Of a stretch of 64,000 nucleotides of DNA, positions 30,067-39,645 are shown one piece after another. A program made the translations under genes and the position numbers. This stretch comes from Pontixanthobacter sp. Lineage in GTDB: Bacteria > Pseudomonadota > Alphaproteobacteria > Sphingomonadales > Sphingomonadaceae. The notes under the pieces were generated by a model. That model searched no databases, was not told where the DNA came from, and worked only from the letters and a program-made list of their open reading frames with translations. Numbering within the stretch: the first letter of the stretch is position 1; every line of letters starts with the position of its first letter. The stretch is from NCBI GenBank assembly GCA_965214445.1, contig CBDCBU010000001.1:1235601-1299600 (forward strand). Direction: 5' to 3'.

Positions 30067-30524
30067 TGGCGAAATCGAAATCTTCCGCCCGGTCGGTCGC
30101 CCGTTCGGCCGCAAGGCTGGCGGCGGTGCAGGCGCTGTATCAACGCCACATGGAAAAGACCGCGCTGGCCAAGCTGCTGGACGAATTTCATCAGCATCGC
30201 TTGGGCTGCGAAATCGAGGACGACCAATATGCCGATGCCGATGTCGCGTTCTTCGACGACGTCGTTTCGGGCGTATCCGCGCGGATGGACGAGATCGATG
30301 GGCTATTGGCGGAAAAACTGACCAAGAGCTGGTCCATAGCGCGGCTCGACAAGACCATGCTGCAGATCCTGCGTGCCGGAACCTACGAGCTGATGGCACG
30401 GCCCGACATCAATACCGGCACTGCCATCGGCGAATATATCGACGTGGCGAAAGCGTTCTTCGACGATCGCGAGGCTAAATTCGTCAACGGCGTATTGGAC
30501 GCGGTGGCGAAATCGGTGCGGTGA
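30066..30524 (+). CDS. nusB: Transcription antitermination factor NusB
   Basis: 152 aa, RSAARLAAVQALYQ. Its ATG shares one nt with the hisD stop. Confidence 0.9.
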   Translation: MAKSKSSARSVARSAARLAAVQALYQRHMEKTALAKLLDEFHQHRLGCEIEDDQYADADVAFFDDVVSGVSARMDEIDGLLAEKLTKSWSIARLDKTMLQILRAGTYELMARPDINTGTAIGEYIDVAKAFFDDREAKFVNGVLDAVAKSVR

Positions 30525-31402
30525 CGATTTTGGATGAACCAGGCTTCATCGCTTCCCTGCGCGCCCTCGCGACGCACCCGGCCGCGCGCAATCTGAACGA
30601 CGATGCCGCCGTGCTCGAACTCGGTGGGCAAACCCTCATCCTGACACACGACGCGATGGTCGAGGGCGCGCATTATCTGCCCGGTCAGGACATGGCCGAT
30701 GTCGCGTACAAGCTGGTGTCGACCAATCTTTCCGATCTCGCCGCGAAAGGCGCCCGGCCGCTCGGCATATTGCTCGGCCATACGCTGGGCGACGGTGACA
30801 GGCGGTTCGTGGAAGGGCTGAAAGACGCGCTCGATACGTATGATTGCGCGTTGTTCGGCGGCGATACGGTATCCGGGAAAGGAACCCGCACATTCGGCGT
30901 GACCGCGATCGGTACGGCGACCCACACGCCGGTTCCCTCGCGCGATGGGGCGCAGATCGGCGATGCGCTTTATATCACCGGTCCGGTCGGCGCGGCGATG
31001 CTGGGCTTCGAGGCGCTGCGCGACGATACAGGCGCAAACAGTTCCGCTTTCCGCCGCCCGCGTGCATTGGTGGAGGAAGGGCAATCGCTCGCCCCCATCG
31101 TCAGCGCGATGATGGACGTGTCCGACGGCCTGTTGCTGGATGCGAAACGGCTGGCGGTCGCGAGCGGGCTGACAATGGCGATCGACACCAGCCGCGTGCC
31201 CGTCGCCGTGATGGAGGACCGGCGCGCCGACGCCTTGCGCTGGGGTGATGATTACCAACTGCTGTTCACCGCGCCCGCATCTCTCGAGCTTCCCATGCTG
31301 GCCTATCGGATCGGAGAAGCGACGGCGGCGGGCGACCATCCGCTGCTGATCGACGGCGTGCCCCCGCGGCCCGACGACGAACTCGGCTATTCCCACGGTT
31401 GA
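30521..31402 (+). CDS. thiL: Thiamine-phosphate kinase
   Basis: NLNDDAAVL and DVSDGLLLD blocks. GTG start overlapping the nusB stop (GTGA). Confidence 0.87.
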   Translation: MTILDEPGFIASLRALATHPAARNLNDDAAVLELGGQTLILTHDAMVEGAHYLPGQDMADVAYKLVSTNLSDLAAKGARPLGILLGHTLGDGDRRFVEGLKDALDTYDCALFGGDTVSGKGTRTFGVTAIGTATHTPVPSRDGAQIGDALYITGPVGAAMLGFEALRDDTGANSSAFRRPRALVEEGQSLAPIVSAMMDVSDGLLLDAKRLAVASGLTMAIDTSRVPVAVMEDRRADALRWGDDYQLLFTAPASLELPMLAYRIGEATAAGDHPLLIDGVPPRPDDELGYSHG

Positions 31403-31546
31403 TCGACGACCCGTTCGCGAAGCCGGATAGCCAATAATGCTCGCGGGGGTTGCGCACCCGGAACGCGCCTATATACCGGTCGCCTCGCAGCGGACCCGCA
31501 GAAGCGGGACGTAGCGAATTGCATATGCGAACATCCATCGGGGGAG

Positions 31547-33700
31547 ATGTCTGTGGAACTGGTTTATATCGCAATCGCTTTGGGGCTTGTGGGCGTGGTG
31601 TATGGTTTCATAACCAGTCGCCAGGTGCTCGGCGCAGCGGCTGGCAATGCCCGGATGCAGGAAATCGCCGGTGCGATCCAGGAAGGCGCGCAGGCCTACC
31701 TCAAACGGCAATACACGACCATCGCCATAGTGGGCGTGGTCGTTGCGATATTGGTCGGCCTGTTCCTCGGCATCATTCCCGTCATCGGTTTCATCATCGG
31801 CGCCATCCTGTCGGGCGTGGCGGGCTTTGTCGGCATGAACATTTCCGTACGCGCTAACGTGCGCACGGCGGCGGCGGCGCAAACCGGATTGCAGGAAGGG
31901 CTCACGCTGGCATTTCGCGCCGGCGCGGTTACCGGGATGCTGGTGGCGGGCCTGGCCCTGCTCGCGATCGCGGTGTTCTTCTGGTATCTCACCGGCGTCG
32001 CGGGTCACGCGGCCAACAGCCGCGAAGTGATCGACGGTCTGGTCGGACTGGCTTTCGGCGCGTCGCTTATTTCCATCTTCGCGCGGCTGGGCGGCGGTAT
32101 CTTCACCAAGGCGGCGGACGTGGGCGCCGATCTGGTCGGCAAGGTCGAGGCGGGCATACCGGAGGACGATCCCCGCAACCCCGCCGTGATCGCGGACAAT
32201 GTCGGCGACAATGTCGGAGACTGCGCGGGGATGGCAGCCGATCTGTTCGAGACCTACGTCGTTACTGTGGGCGCGACCATGGTGCTGACTGCGCTGCTCC
32301 TGTCCAATATCGGCGACCTGCTGTTCCCGATGATGGCGCTGCCTCTGCTGATCGGCGGGGCGTGTATCGTCACCAGCATCATCGGGACCTATTTCGTGAA
32401 GCTTGGTAAAGGCAAGAACGTGATGGGGGCGATGTACAAGGGTTTCCTGGTCACGGCGATCCTGTCCGTTCCGCTAATTTGGATTTGCATCAATGTCGCG
32501 CTGGGCGACATGAATACGGCCATCGGCGGCACCAATCTTGCCGCCATCGATCCCGGCGCGCCACTGGCGGAAGAGGGCACCTCGTCCATCACTCCGTTCA
32601 CCGGCTGGGACCTGTTCTGGTCGTCCATCGTCGGATTGGTCCTGACTGGCATCATAATTTACATCACCGAATATTACACGGGAACGCAGTTCCGGCCGGT
32701 CAGAAGCATCGCGAAAGCATCCGAAACCGGACACGGCACCAATGTCATCCAGGGTCTGGCGATCAGCATGGAATCGACCGCCCTGCCGACGCTGGCGATC
32801 GTGACCGGAATCATCGTCAGCTTCCAGCTCGCTGGTCTGATGGGCATCGCCTATGCCGCGACATCGATGCTGGCGCTGGCCGGTATGGTCGTGGCGCTGG
32901 ATGCCTATGGCCCCGTGACCGACAATGCGGGCGGCATCGCGGAAATGGCCGGGATGGAGGAAAGCGTGCGGGAGAAAACCGATGCGCTGGATGCCGTGGG
33001 CAACACGACCAAGGCCGTCACCAAGGGCTATGCCATCGGGTCGGCCGGGCTGGCGGCGCTGGTCCTGTTCGCGGCCTACACCACCGATCTGGCGGAATTC
33101 TTCCCGACCGCCGACGTCGATTTCAGCCTCGAGAACCCCTACGTCATCGTCGGGTTGCTGCTCGGCGCGTTGCTGCCGTATCTGTTCGGGGCGATGGGCA
33201 TGACGGCCGTAGGCCGCGCGGCGGGCGATGTGGTGAAGGACGTGCGCGACCAGTTCGCCGGCGACAAGGGCATCATGGAAGGCACCTCCCGCCCCGATTA
33301 CGCCCGCACCGTCGATCTGGTGACCAAGGCCGCGATCAAGGAGATGATCGTGCCGTCTCTGTTACCGGTGCTGGCACCGATCGTGGTCTATTTCGTCATC
33401 ACTGCCATTGCGGGCCAGGAAAATGGTTTTGCGGCACTTGGCGCCTTGCTGCTCGGCGTGATCGTCGGCGGACTGTTCGTTGCCTTGTCCATGACTGCCG
33501 GCGGCGGCGCGTGGGACAATGCGAAGAAATATATCGAGGATGGCCATCACGGCGGAAAAAATTCCGTCGCGCACCATGCGGCGGTGACGGGCGATACGGT
33601 CGGCGATCCCTACAAGGACACCGCCGGTCCAGCGGTCAATCCGATGATCAAGATCACCAACATCGTCGCCCTGCTGTTGCTGGCGGCGCTCGCCGGCTAG
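31547..33700 (+). CDS. hppA: Membrane-bound H+/Na+-translocating pyrophosphatase
   Basis: 717 aa. GDNVGDCAG and [11 protein letters not shown] signatures. GGGGAG just upstream of the ATG. Confidence 0.96.
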   Translation: MSVELVYIAIALGLVGVVYGFITSRQVLGAAAGNARMQEIAGAIQEGAQAYLKRQYTTIAIVGVVVAILVGLFLGIIPVIGFIIGAILSGVAGFVGMNISVRANVRTAAAAQTGLQEGLTLAFRAGAVTGMLVAGLALLAIAVFFWYLTGVAGHAANSREVIDGLVGLAFGASLISIFARLGGGIFTKAADVGADLVGKVEAGIPEDDPRNPAVIADNVGDNVGDCAGMAADLFETYVVTVGATMVLTALLLSNIGDLLFPMMALPLLIGGACIVTSIIGTYFVKLGKGKNVMGAMYKGFLVTAILSVPLIWICINVALGDMNTAIGGTNLAAIDPGAPLAEEGTSSITPFTGWDLFWSSIVGLVLTGIIIYITEYYTGTQFRPVRSIAKASETGHGTNVIQGLAISMESTALPTLAIVTGIIVSFQLAGLMGIAYAATSMLALAGMVVALDAYGPVTDNAGGIAEMAGMEESVREKTDALDAVGNTTKAVTKGYAIGSAGLAALVLFAAYTTDLAEFFPTADVDFSLENPYVIVGLLLGALLPYLFGAMGMTAVGRAAGDVVKDVRDQFAGDKGIMEGTSRPDYARTVDLVTKAAIKEMIVPSLLPVLAPIVVYFVITAIAGQENGFAALGALLLGVIVGGLFVALSMTAGGGAWDNAKKYIEDGHHGGKNSVAHHAAVTGDTVGDPYKDTAGPAVNPMIKITNIVALLLLAALAG

Positions 33701-33808
33701 CTCCGTCGCTGATCAAGCGTTGGACGCCCTATGCGGTTCGCGCCGCTCGGGCCGTCCAGCTTTGGGGGCGTTAAACATTCCGAAGCCTTGTCCGGTTAGA
33801 TCCGCCGC

Positions 33809-35005
33809 GTGGCCGCATCCGCCACGGTTCCGGAAACCCCGTTCTTGGTCAGCCTGCCCTTTCGCGAACTGCAGATCGAAGCGCGCGCCCCATCCGCACC
33901 TGATTGTCGATGCGCGACGATCGACGCCGCATCGCTCGACCATGGAGCGATTCATGCCGAATGGGAAAGGCTGGCGCGCTATGCAAGCGAACCCAATCCG
34001 TTCGGCGAAGGGTGGTTCGTGCGCGCGTCCCTGTCCGCCTGTCGCCCCGGGGCCGCCGTCCGCATCGTCGGCTATTACGACAACGGACGGTTGCGAGGGA
34101 TCGTGCCAGTCGAATTTTCGCGATTGTACTACGATCGAACCATCCCGCATCTGCGTGTCTGGCAGCACGACAACGCCTTTTGCGGTGCGCCGCTGGTTGC
34201 GGCGGGCTACGAGTGCCGGTTTTGGGAAGCGTTTCTCAACTGGGCCGGCGCTGCCACGACTGGACAATGCTTCGTCCATATCGCCAGGATCTCTGCCGAA
34301 GGCCCACTGATCGCCGCGCTGCATTCGGTCGTTTCCGGGCGGAATACACCCGCCGCGATCGTACGCCGGGAAGAACGCGCGATGCTGCAATCCGGTTGCG
34401 ATGCCCGAACCTATTTCGAACGCGCCATGAGCGGGAAGAAACGCAAGGAATTGCGGAGACAATATCGGCGTCTGTCGGAGCTCGGCAATGTGCGATTCGT
34501 GAAACAGCGCGACGGCTCAGAACTGCCACGGTGGACCGAACAATTCCTCCAGCTCGAACAGGCCGGCTGGAAGGGGCGGAACGGGGGCGCACTCGCCTGC
34601 GATCCGGCAACCGAACGCCTGTTTTGCGAGATGCTGCGCCGGGCGGCCGATGCGGCACGGTTGGAGCGTTTGCTCCTGTCGCTCGACGGGCGACCGATCG
34701 CGATGCTCGTCAATTTCCTGACCCCACCGGGCAGCTATTCGTACAAGACCACTTTTGACGAGAATTTCGCGCAATATTCACCGGGCGTGCTGCTCCAGCG
34801 CGAAAACCTCGATATTCTGGACGATCCCGCGATCTCATGGATGGACAGTTGCGCCGCGCCCGACCATCCGATGATCGAGCGTATCTGGCGCGAAAAACGC
34901 ACGATGGTCAGCGTGAACGTCGGCCTTGGCGGACCGGTCCGCCGGGCAGCTTTCCGCCAGATGATACGCTTTGAAAAGAGCGCCGAACCTTTTGGAAGTT
35001 CATGA
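33809..35005 (+). CDS. CelD/BioF2-like GNAT family acyltransferase (Acetyltransf_6-like)
   Basis: 398 aa. Layout and the SGKKRKELRRQYRRLSELG block resemble CelD-type GNAT proteins. GTG start, uncertain. Confidence 0.65.
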   Translation: MAASATVPETPFLVSLPFRELQIEARAPSAPDCRCATIDAASLDHGAIHAEWERLARYASEPNPFGEGWFVRASLSACRPGAAVRIVGYYDNGRLRGIVPVEFSRLYYDRTIPHLRVWQHDNAFCGAPLVAAGYECRFWEAFLNWAGAATTGQCFVHIARISAEGPLIAALHSVVSGRNTPAAIVRREERAMLQSGCDARTYFERAMSGKKRKELRRQYRRLSELGNVRFVKQRDGSELPRWTEQFLQLEQAGWKGRNGGALACDPATERLFCEMLRRAADAARLERLLLSLDGRPIAMLVNFLTPPGSYSYKTTFDENFAQYSPGVLLQRENLDILDDPAISWMDSCAAPDHPMIERIWREKRTMVSVNVGLGGPVRRAAFRQMIRFEKSAEPFGSS

Positions 35006-35883
35006 TGCGGATGAACCACGACAGTTTGGCAGAAAGCGGAATTTTCGCCAATACCGCGCGCGCCACCTTCGCACAACATTATCCCGAAACGCCCCATGTG
35101 ATCGACCATGCGCTGTCTGCGAACAGGCTGTTTGCGTTGGATGCCCTGGCGGCTCTGGCAGAACAGCTGCCCAATGACGCGATCGAGTTCAACCGCGCGG
35201 ATATGCCGATCGGCGTGACGCGCAAACCCGATAGGCCGGCGATGCCCATCGGCGACACCATCCGCCACATCGCTTCGAGCGACAGCTGGGCCGTGCTCAA
35301 GAATATCGAACAGGTGCCGACCTATCGCCGCCTGTTGCACGATCTCATCGACGAACTGCGCGATGGAATTGAATGCCGCACGGGCGCGGTGCTTCGTCCT
35401 CAGGCCTATGTGTTCATATCCTCGCCCAATGCGGTAACCCCTTATCATTTCGATCCTGAGCACAACATCCTGATGCAGCTGTCCGGCACCAAGGTGATGA
35501 CCCAGTTTCCGGCGGGCGACCCGTCATTCGCCGCCGATACCGCGCATGAAGAGTATCATTACGGCGGCGCGCGCGAACTGCACTGGAACGACGCCCTGGC
35601 GGACGGGGGCACCGCCTTTGCCCTGGCAGCGGGTCAGGCACTGTACGTGCCGGTCATGGCCCCGCATTTCGTGCGCAACGGGCCGGACAGTTCGCTTTCG
35701 CTATCGATCACTTGGCGCAGCGAGTGGAGTTACGCCGAAGCCGATGCGCGCGGCTTGAACCGGCTGCTCCGCCAGATGGGCGCGACGCCGAAACGACCCG
35801 GACGCTGGCCGCAATCGAACCGGGCAAAGGCGCTGGCATATCGCACACTGCGCAAAATCGGTCTGGTTCGCGCAGGCGATTGA
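35002..35883 (+). CDS. JmjC/cupin-like Fe(II)/2-oxoglutarate oxygenase-like protein
   Basis: 293 aa. Candidate facial triad YHFDPEH (HxD) ... APHF (H), with Lys in LSGTK. ATGA overlap with the GNAT gene. Confidence 0.68.
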   Translation: MMRMNHDSLAESGIFANTARATFAQHYPETPHVIDHALSANRLFALDALAALAEQLPNDAIEFNRADMPIGVTRKPDRPAMPIGDTIRHIASSDSWAVLKNIEQVPTYRRLLHDLIDELRDGIECRTGAVLRPQAYVFISSPNAVTPYHFDPEHNILMQLSGTKVMTQFPAGDPSFAADTAHEEYHYGGARELHWNDALADGGTAFALAAGQALYVPVMAPHFVRNGPDSSLSLSITWRSEWSYAEADARGLNRLLRQMGATPKRPGRWPQSNRAKALAYRTLRKIGLVRAGD

Positions 35884-35903
35884 CCGTCAGTCTTCCTGTC
35901 CGC

Positions 35904-36812
35904 ATGACAGCGCCAATGGACGATGCGCCTTCCCCCCGCCAGCTGGTCGACCGGCTCGTCGCTTTGCTGACCGTTTCGAACGACGGCGACGGGCGTTATA
36001 TCGGTGCTCCGCAGCGTGATGGCGTGGGTCGGATGTTCGGCGGACAAGTCATTGCACAGGCGCTGCAATCGGCGCAGCTGTCGGTGCCGTCCGAAAAGAT
36101 AGCCCATTCGCTGCACGCCTATTTCCTGCGCGGCGGCAAGGAAGGCCCGCCGGTCGAATATACCGTGGACCGCGATTTCGACGGACGCAGCTTCGCCAAT
36201 CGCCGCGTGGTAGCGCGACAGGACGGTACGCCGATCCTCAACATGACCGCCAGCTTCCAGACGGCGGAGGACGGACTGGAACATGACCACGCGGCGATGC
36301 CCGATGTCGAACCGCCGGAAGATTTGAAGCCCGACATGGAGCTGCGCCGTGACTATGCCGATGCGTTGCCCGATTTGAGCGATACGCATCGCAACGTAAT
36401 GCTGCGCCCTCGCCCCATCGAGATGCGGACGGTCGACCGGTTGCACTGGATGAACAGCGAACCACGCGCGCCACAGGCACATAGCTGGTTCCGCACCGCA
36501 GCCTCCCTACCGGACGACTTGGCCATGCACCGCGCCATCATAACCTATGCCAGCGACTATACGCTGCTGGGGACCGCCGCCCTCCCCCACGGTCTGAGCT
36601 GGATGCGCGGAGAGTTGAACGGCGCCAGCCTTGATCACGCGATCTGGTTCCACCGGGATGCACGGGCGGACGAATGGCTGCTCTACGCCACAGACAGCCC
36701 GTGGAGCGGCGGCGGGCGCGGGTTCAATCGCGGGCGTATCTTCACTCGTGACGGAGCACTGGTCGCCAGCGTCGCGCAGGAAGGCGTCATCCGCAGGCGG
36801 CGGAACAAGTGA
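35904..36812 (+). CDS. tesB: Acyl-CoA thioesterase II
   Basis: ATG at 35904 within tracked ORF 35712..36812. GRMFGGQVIAQAL and SLHAYFLRGG blocks of the double-hotdog TesB. Confidence 0.87.
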   Translation: MTAPMDDAPSPRQLVDRLVALLTVSNDGDGRYIGAPQRDGVGRMFGGQVIAQALQSAQLSVPSEKIAHSLHAYFLRGGKEGPPVEYTVDRDFDGRSFANRRVVARQDGTPILNMTASFQTAEDGLEHDHAAMPDVEPPEDLKPDMELRRDYADALPDLSDTHRNVMLRPRPIEMRTVDRLHWMNSEPRAPQAHSWFRTAASLPDDLAMHRAIITYASDYTLLGTAALPHGLSWMRGELNGASLDHAIWFHRDARADEWLLYATDSPWSGGGRGFNRGRIFTRDGALVASVAQEGVIRRRRNK

Positions 36813-36861
36813 CCCCGGCGGAGGTTCGATAGGCACAGTGACATCGATTGGAGCCCACGAC

Positions 36862-37587
36862 ATGGACATTTCCCGCGAGCAGATGGAATTCCGCAACAGC
36901 AAGCCGTCCAGGCTGGGTCGCGGGATCGAGCGGCTGACCCATCCGTTCGGCAAGGCGTTGGCCGGGTTGGTCCCCAAATCCGTCGTGGAAGCGGCGCTGA
37001 AGGGAATAGACGAGGCGACGAGCTATCCCAAACTGGTCGAATTCGATCATGACCCTACCGACATGGCGGCCAGTCAGAAAGCCGCTAGACGAGTCGTCCG
37101 CGCCGCCCGCGCGCTCAGCGCTTCGACCGGCGCGGCGGCCGGTCTGGGGGGCGCTGTCTCGATGAGCCTCGACATCCCAGCAACCATCGCCATCGCGCTA
37201 CGGACGATCCGCGATACCGGGCGCGCTTACGGTTTTGCCGGAGAGGGTCCAGATGAAAAGATGTTCCGCCTGAAAGTGCTGGAGCTTTCCGCGCTGGATG
37301 CGGACCACGACCGCGATCTACGAATTGCCGAACTGATCGACAGCATCGCCGACGACGGTTCGCTGCGATCGCCCGAGCACAAGGAAATCACTCCCGTCGT
37401 CGATCAGGTGGTCGAGCGCGTGTCGCGCGCCATTGCGCTCAGCTCGTTTCGCAAGCGGGCAGGCATGGTCGTGCCCATTGCCGGGGCGGCGATCGGCGGG
37501 ATCGTCAACTCTTCGTTCCAGAACGATGTAGGAAAGGCTGCCCGCTTCGCCTTTCAGGCGCGCCGGTTGAAGCAGGATATTCCCTGA
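36862..37587 (+). CDS. EcsC family protein
   Basis: ATG at 36862 (MDISREQMEF...). Pattern LDIPATIAIALRTIRDTGRAYGF resembles PF12787. Confidence 0.65.
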   Translation: MDISREQMEFRNSKPSRLGRGIERLTHPFGKALAGLVPKSVVEAALKGIDEATSYPKLVEFDHDPTDMAASQKAARRVVRAARALSASTGAAAGLGGAVSMSLDIPATIAIALRTIRDTGRAYGFAGEGPDEKMFRLKVLELSALDADHDRDLRIAELIDSIADDGSLRSPEHKEITPVVDQVVERVSRAIALSSFRKRAGMVVPIAGAAIGGIVNSSFQNDVGKAARFAFQARRLKQDIP

Positions 37588-37594
37588 ACCGTCA

Positions 37595-39598
37595 TCAGCC
37601 GCTCGCGTGGTAAAAATCGTAGATCGTCTGCGCGACCGCTTCGCTGACGCCGGGCGCGCGCTGCAAATCCTCCAGCGACGCCGCGCGTACCTTTCCGGCA
37701 GTGCCGAAATGCAGCAGCAGCGCGCGTTTGCGTGCCGGACCGATGCCGGTAATTTCATCCAGGGGGGATGCCGTGATCGCCCGGCTGCGCTTCGCCCGAT
37801 GCGCACCGATAGCGTAACGATGCACTTCGTCGCGAAGAGTCTGCAGATAGAACAATACCGGTGAGTTGACCGGCAGAGTCTTTTCGCGACCGTCGGGGAA
37901 GTGGAACACCTCGCGCCCTTCGCGGCCGTGGTGCGGACCCTTGGCAATGGCGATCAACGGCACGTCCTCTATCCCAAGTTCCGCCAGAGTATCGCGTACG
38001 GAGGACATCTGCCCCTTGCCCCCGTCGATCAGGACCAGGTCGGGCCACACCGCCTTTTCGCCGCTGGTCTCGCGGTCGGGGTCGTCTTTCATCGCGCGGG
38101 CGAAGCGGCGTTCCATCACTTCGCGCATCATGCCGAAATCGTCGTTGGTCTGCGCGGTCTTGATGTTGAACTTGCGATACTGGTTCTTCACGAACCCTTC
38201 CGGCCCGGCCACGATCATGCCGCCCACTGCCTTGGTCCCCTGAATGTGGGAGTTGTCGTAAACTTCGATGCGCTGCGGCACCTCCGGCAGTTCGAGAAAT
38301 TCTGCCAGCTCCCGCATCGTTTTGGCCTTGGTGCCGCTCTCTGCCAACCGCCGGTCCAGCGCCTCCACCGCATTGCGTTGCGCCTGCGCCATCAGCTTAC
38401 GCCGGTCGCCGCGCTGCGGGATGGAAATGTCCACGCGGTGTCCCGCGCTTTCGCAAAAAGCCTCCTCGATCACATCCTGATCGGGTAGCAAGCGATCGAC
38501 CAGAATGGTGCGTGGCGGCGGCACTTCCTCGTAGAACTGCGCGAGGACCGTGGCGAGCACCTGATCTTCCTCCACATCCTTCGTATGGCTGGGAAAGAAG
38601 GCGCGATGGCCCCAATTTTGACCACCGCGAATGAAGAACGCCTGGATCGCGATCTGGCCGCCCTTGACCGCCATTGCGAACACGTCCGCATCGCCTACGC
38701 CGCTGGCATTGACCGCCTGGCTGCCCTGGATGAAGGTCGCCGCGCGCAGCCGATCGCGCAGGATCGCGGCGGTTTCGAAATCCATATCATTCGCCGCCTT
38801 CGCCATCTGCCGTTCCAGATCCTGCTGCACCGCGCCGGACTTGCCGCCGAGGAAATCCTTCGCCTGCTCCATCAGTTCGGCATAGCCCGCCTTGTCGATC
38901 CGCCCGACGCAGGGCGCGGAACAGCGCTGGATCTGATACAGCAGGCAGGGCCGGTCGCGATTGTTGAAAAAGCTGTCGGTGCAGGATCGCAGCAGGAACA
39001 GCTTCTGCAACGCATTGATCGTGGTCGTGACCTTCCCCGCCCCGGCAAACGGGCCGTAATAATGCCCTTTCGACCGCCGCGCGCCGCGATGTTTCATGAT
39101 GCGCGGAAAAGCATGTTCGGTGCGCAGCAGGATGAAGGGGAAGCTCTTGTCGTCGCGTAGCAGCACGTTGAAGGGTGGACGGAAGCGCTTGATGAACTGC
39201 GCCTCCAGCAGCAATGCCTCCGCCTCGCTGTTGGTGGTGACGATCTCCATCGCACGGCATTGGCTGACCATGCGTTTCAGCCGGTTCGACATGCCCTTGA
39301 TCTGGGTATAGTTGGCGACCCGCGCCTTCAGCGACCGGGCCTTGCCGACATACAGCACGTCGCCACGTGTATCGAGCATACGGTAAACGCCGGGCACCGG
39401 TTTGAGTGTCTGCACAGTGTCACGGATCGCGGTCACACCCGCCTTGAGATCGGGCGTGGCGGAAGAGACCGTGTAGGCGGCCTTTTCCTCGTTGAACCGT
39501 TCCGCTCCGCGCGGGTTGTAGGGCGCGCCCGCCTTGTGCGCTTCGCGGTCGGAAGTGTCGTCCGTTATGTCGCCCGAAATGTCGCTCGCCTTCGCCAT
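37595..39598 (-). CDS. uvrC: Excinuclease ABC subunit C
   Basis: 667 aa. GIY-YIG block PGVYRMLDTRGDVLYVGKA, C-terminal HhH region. Confidence 0.96.
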   Translation of the reverse strand: MAKASDISGDITDDTSDREAHKAGAPYNPRGAERFNEEKAAYTVSSATPDLKAGVTAIRDTVQTLKPVPGVYRMLDTRGDVLYVGKARSLKARVANYTQIKGMSNRLKRMVSQCRAMEIVTTNSEAEALLLEAQFIKRFRPPFNVLLRDDKSFPFILLRTEHAFPRIMKHRGARRSKGHYYGPFAGAGKVTTTINALQKLFLLRSCTDSFFNNRDRPCLLYQIQRCSAPCVGRIDKAGYAELMEQAKDFLGGKSGAVQQDLERQMAKAANDMDFETAAILRDRLRAATFIQGSQAVNASGVGDADVFAMAVKGGQIAIQAFFIRGGQNWGHRAFFPSHTKDVEEDQVLATVLAQFYEEVPPPRTILVDRLLPDQDVIEEAFCESAGHRVDISIPQRGDRRKLMAQAQRNAVEALDRRLAESGTKAKTMRELAEFLELPEVPQRIEVYDNSHIQGTKAVGGMIVAGPEGFVKNQYRKFNIKTAQTNDDFGMMREVMERRFARAMKDDPDRETSGEKAVWPDLVLIDGGKGQMSSVRDTLAELGIEDVPLIAIAKGPHHGREGREVFHFPDGREKTLPVNSPVLFYLQTLRDEVHRYAIGAHRAKRSRAITASPLDEITGIGPARKRALLLHFGTAGKVRAASLEDLQRAPGVSEAVAQTIYDFYHASG

Positions 39599-39645
39599 CG
39601 CGCCCTACATAGTCGGGATGGACATGATTGGAAGCGGTCCGAACG

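Noticed and set aside
31403-31546. Sigma-70-like promoter TTGCGC ... TATATA upstream of hppA
   Set aside because: The spacer between the hexamers is only ~14-16 nt, depending on register, and the -35 is weak. That is not enough to call a promoter without transcript mapping.
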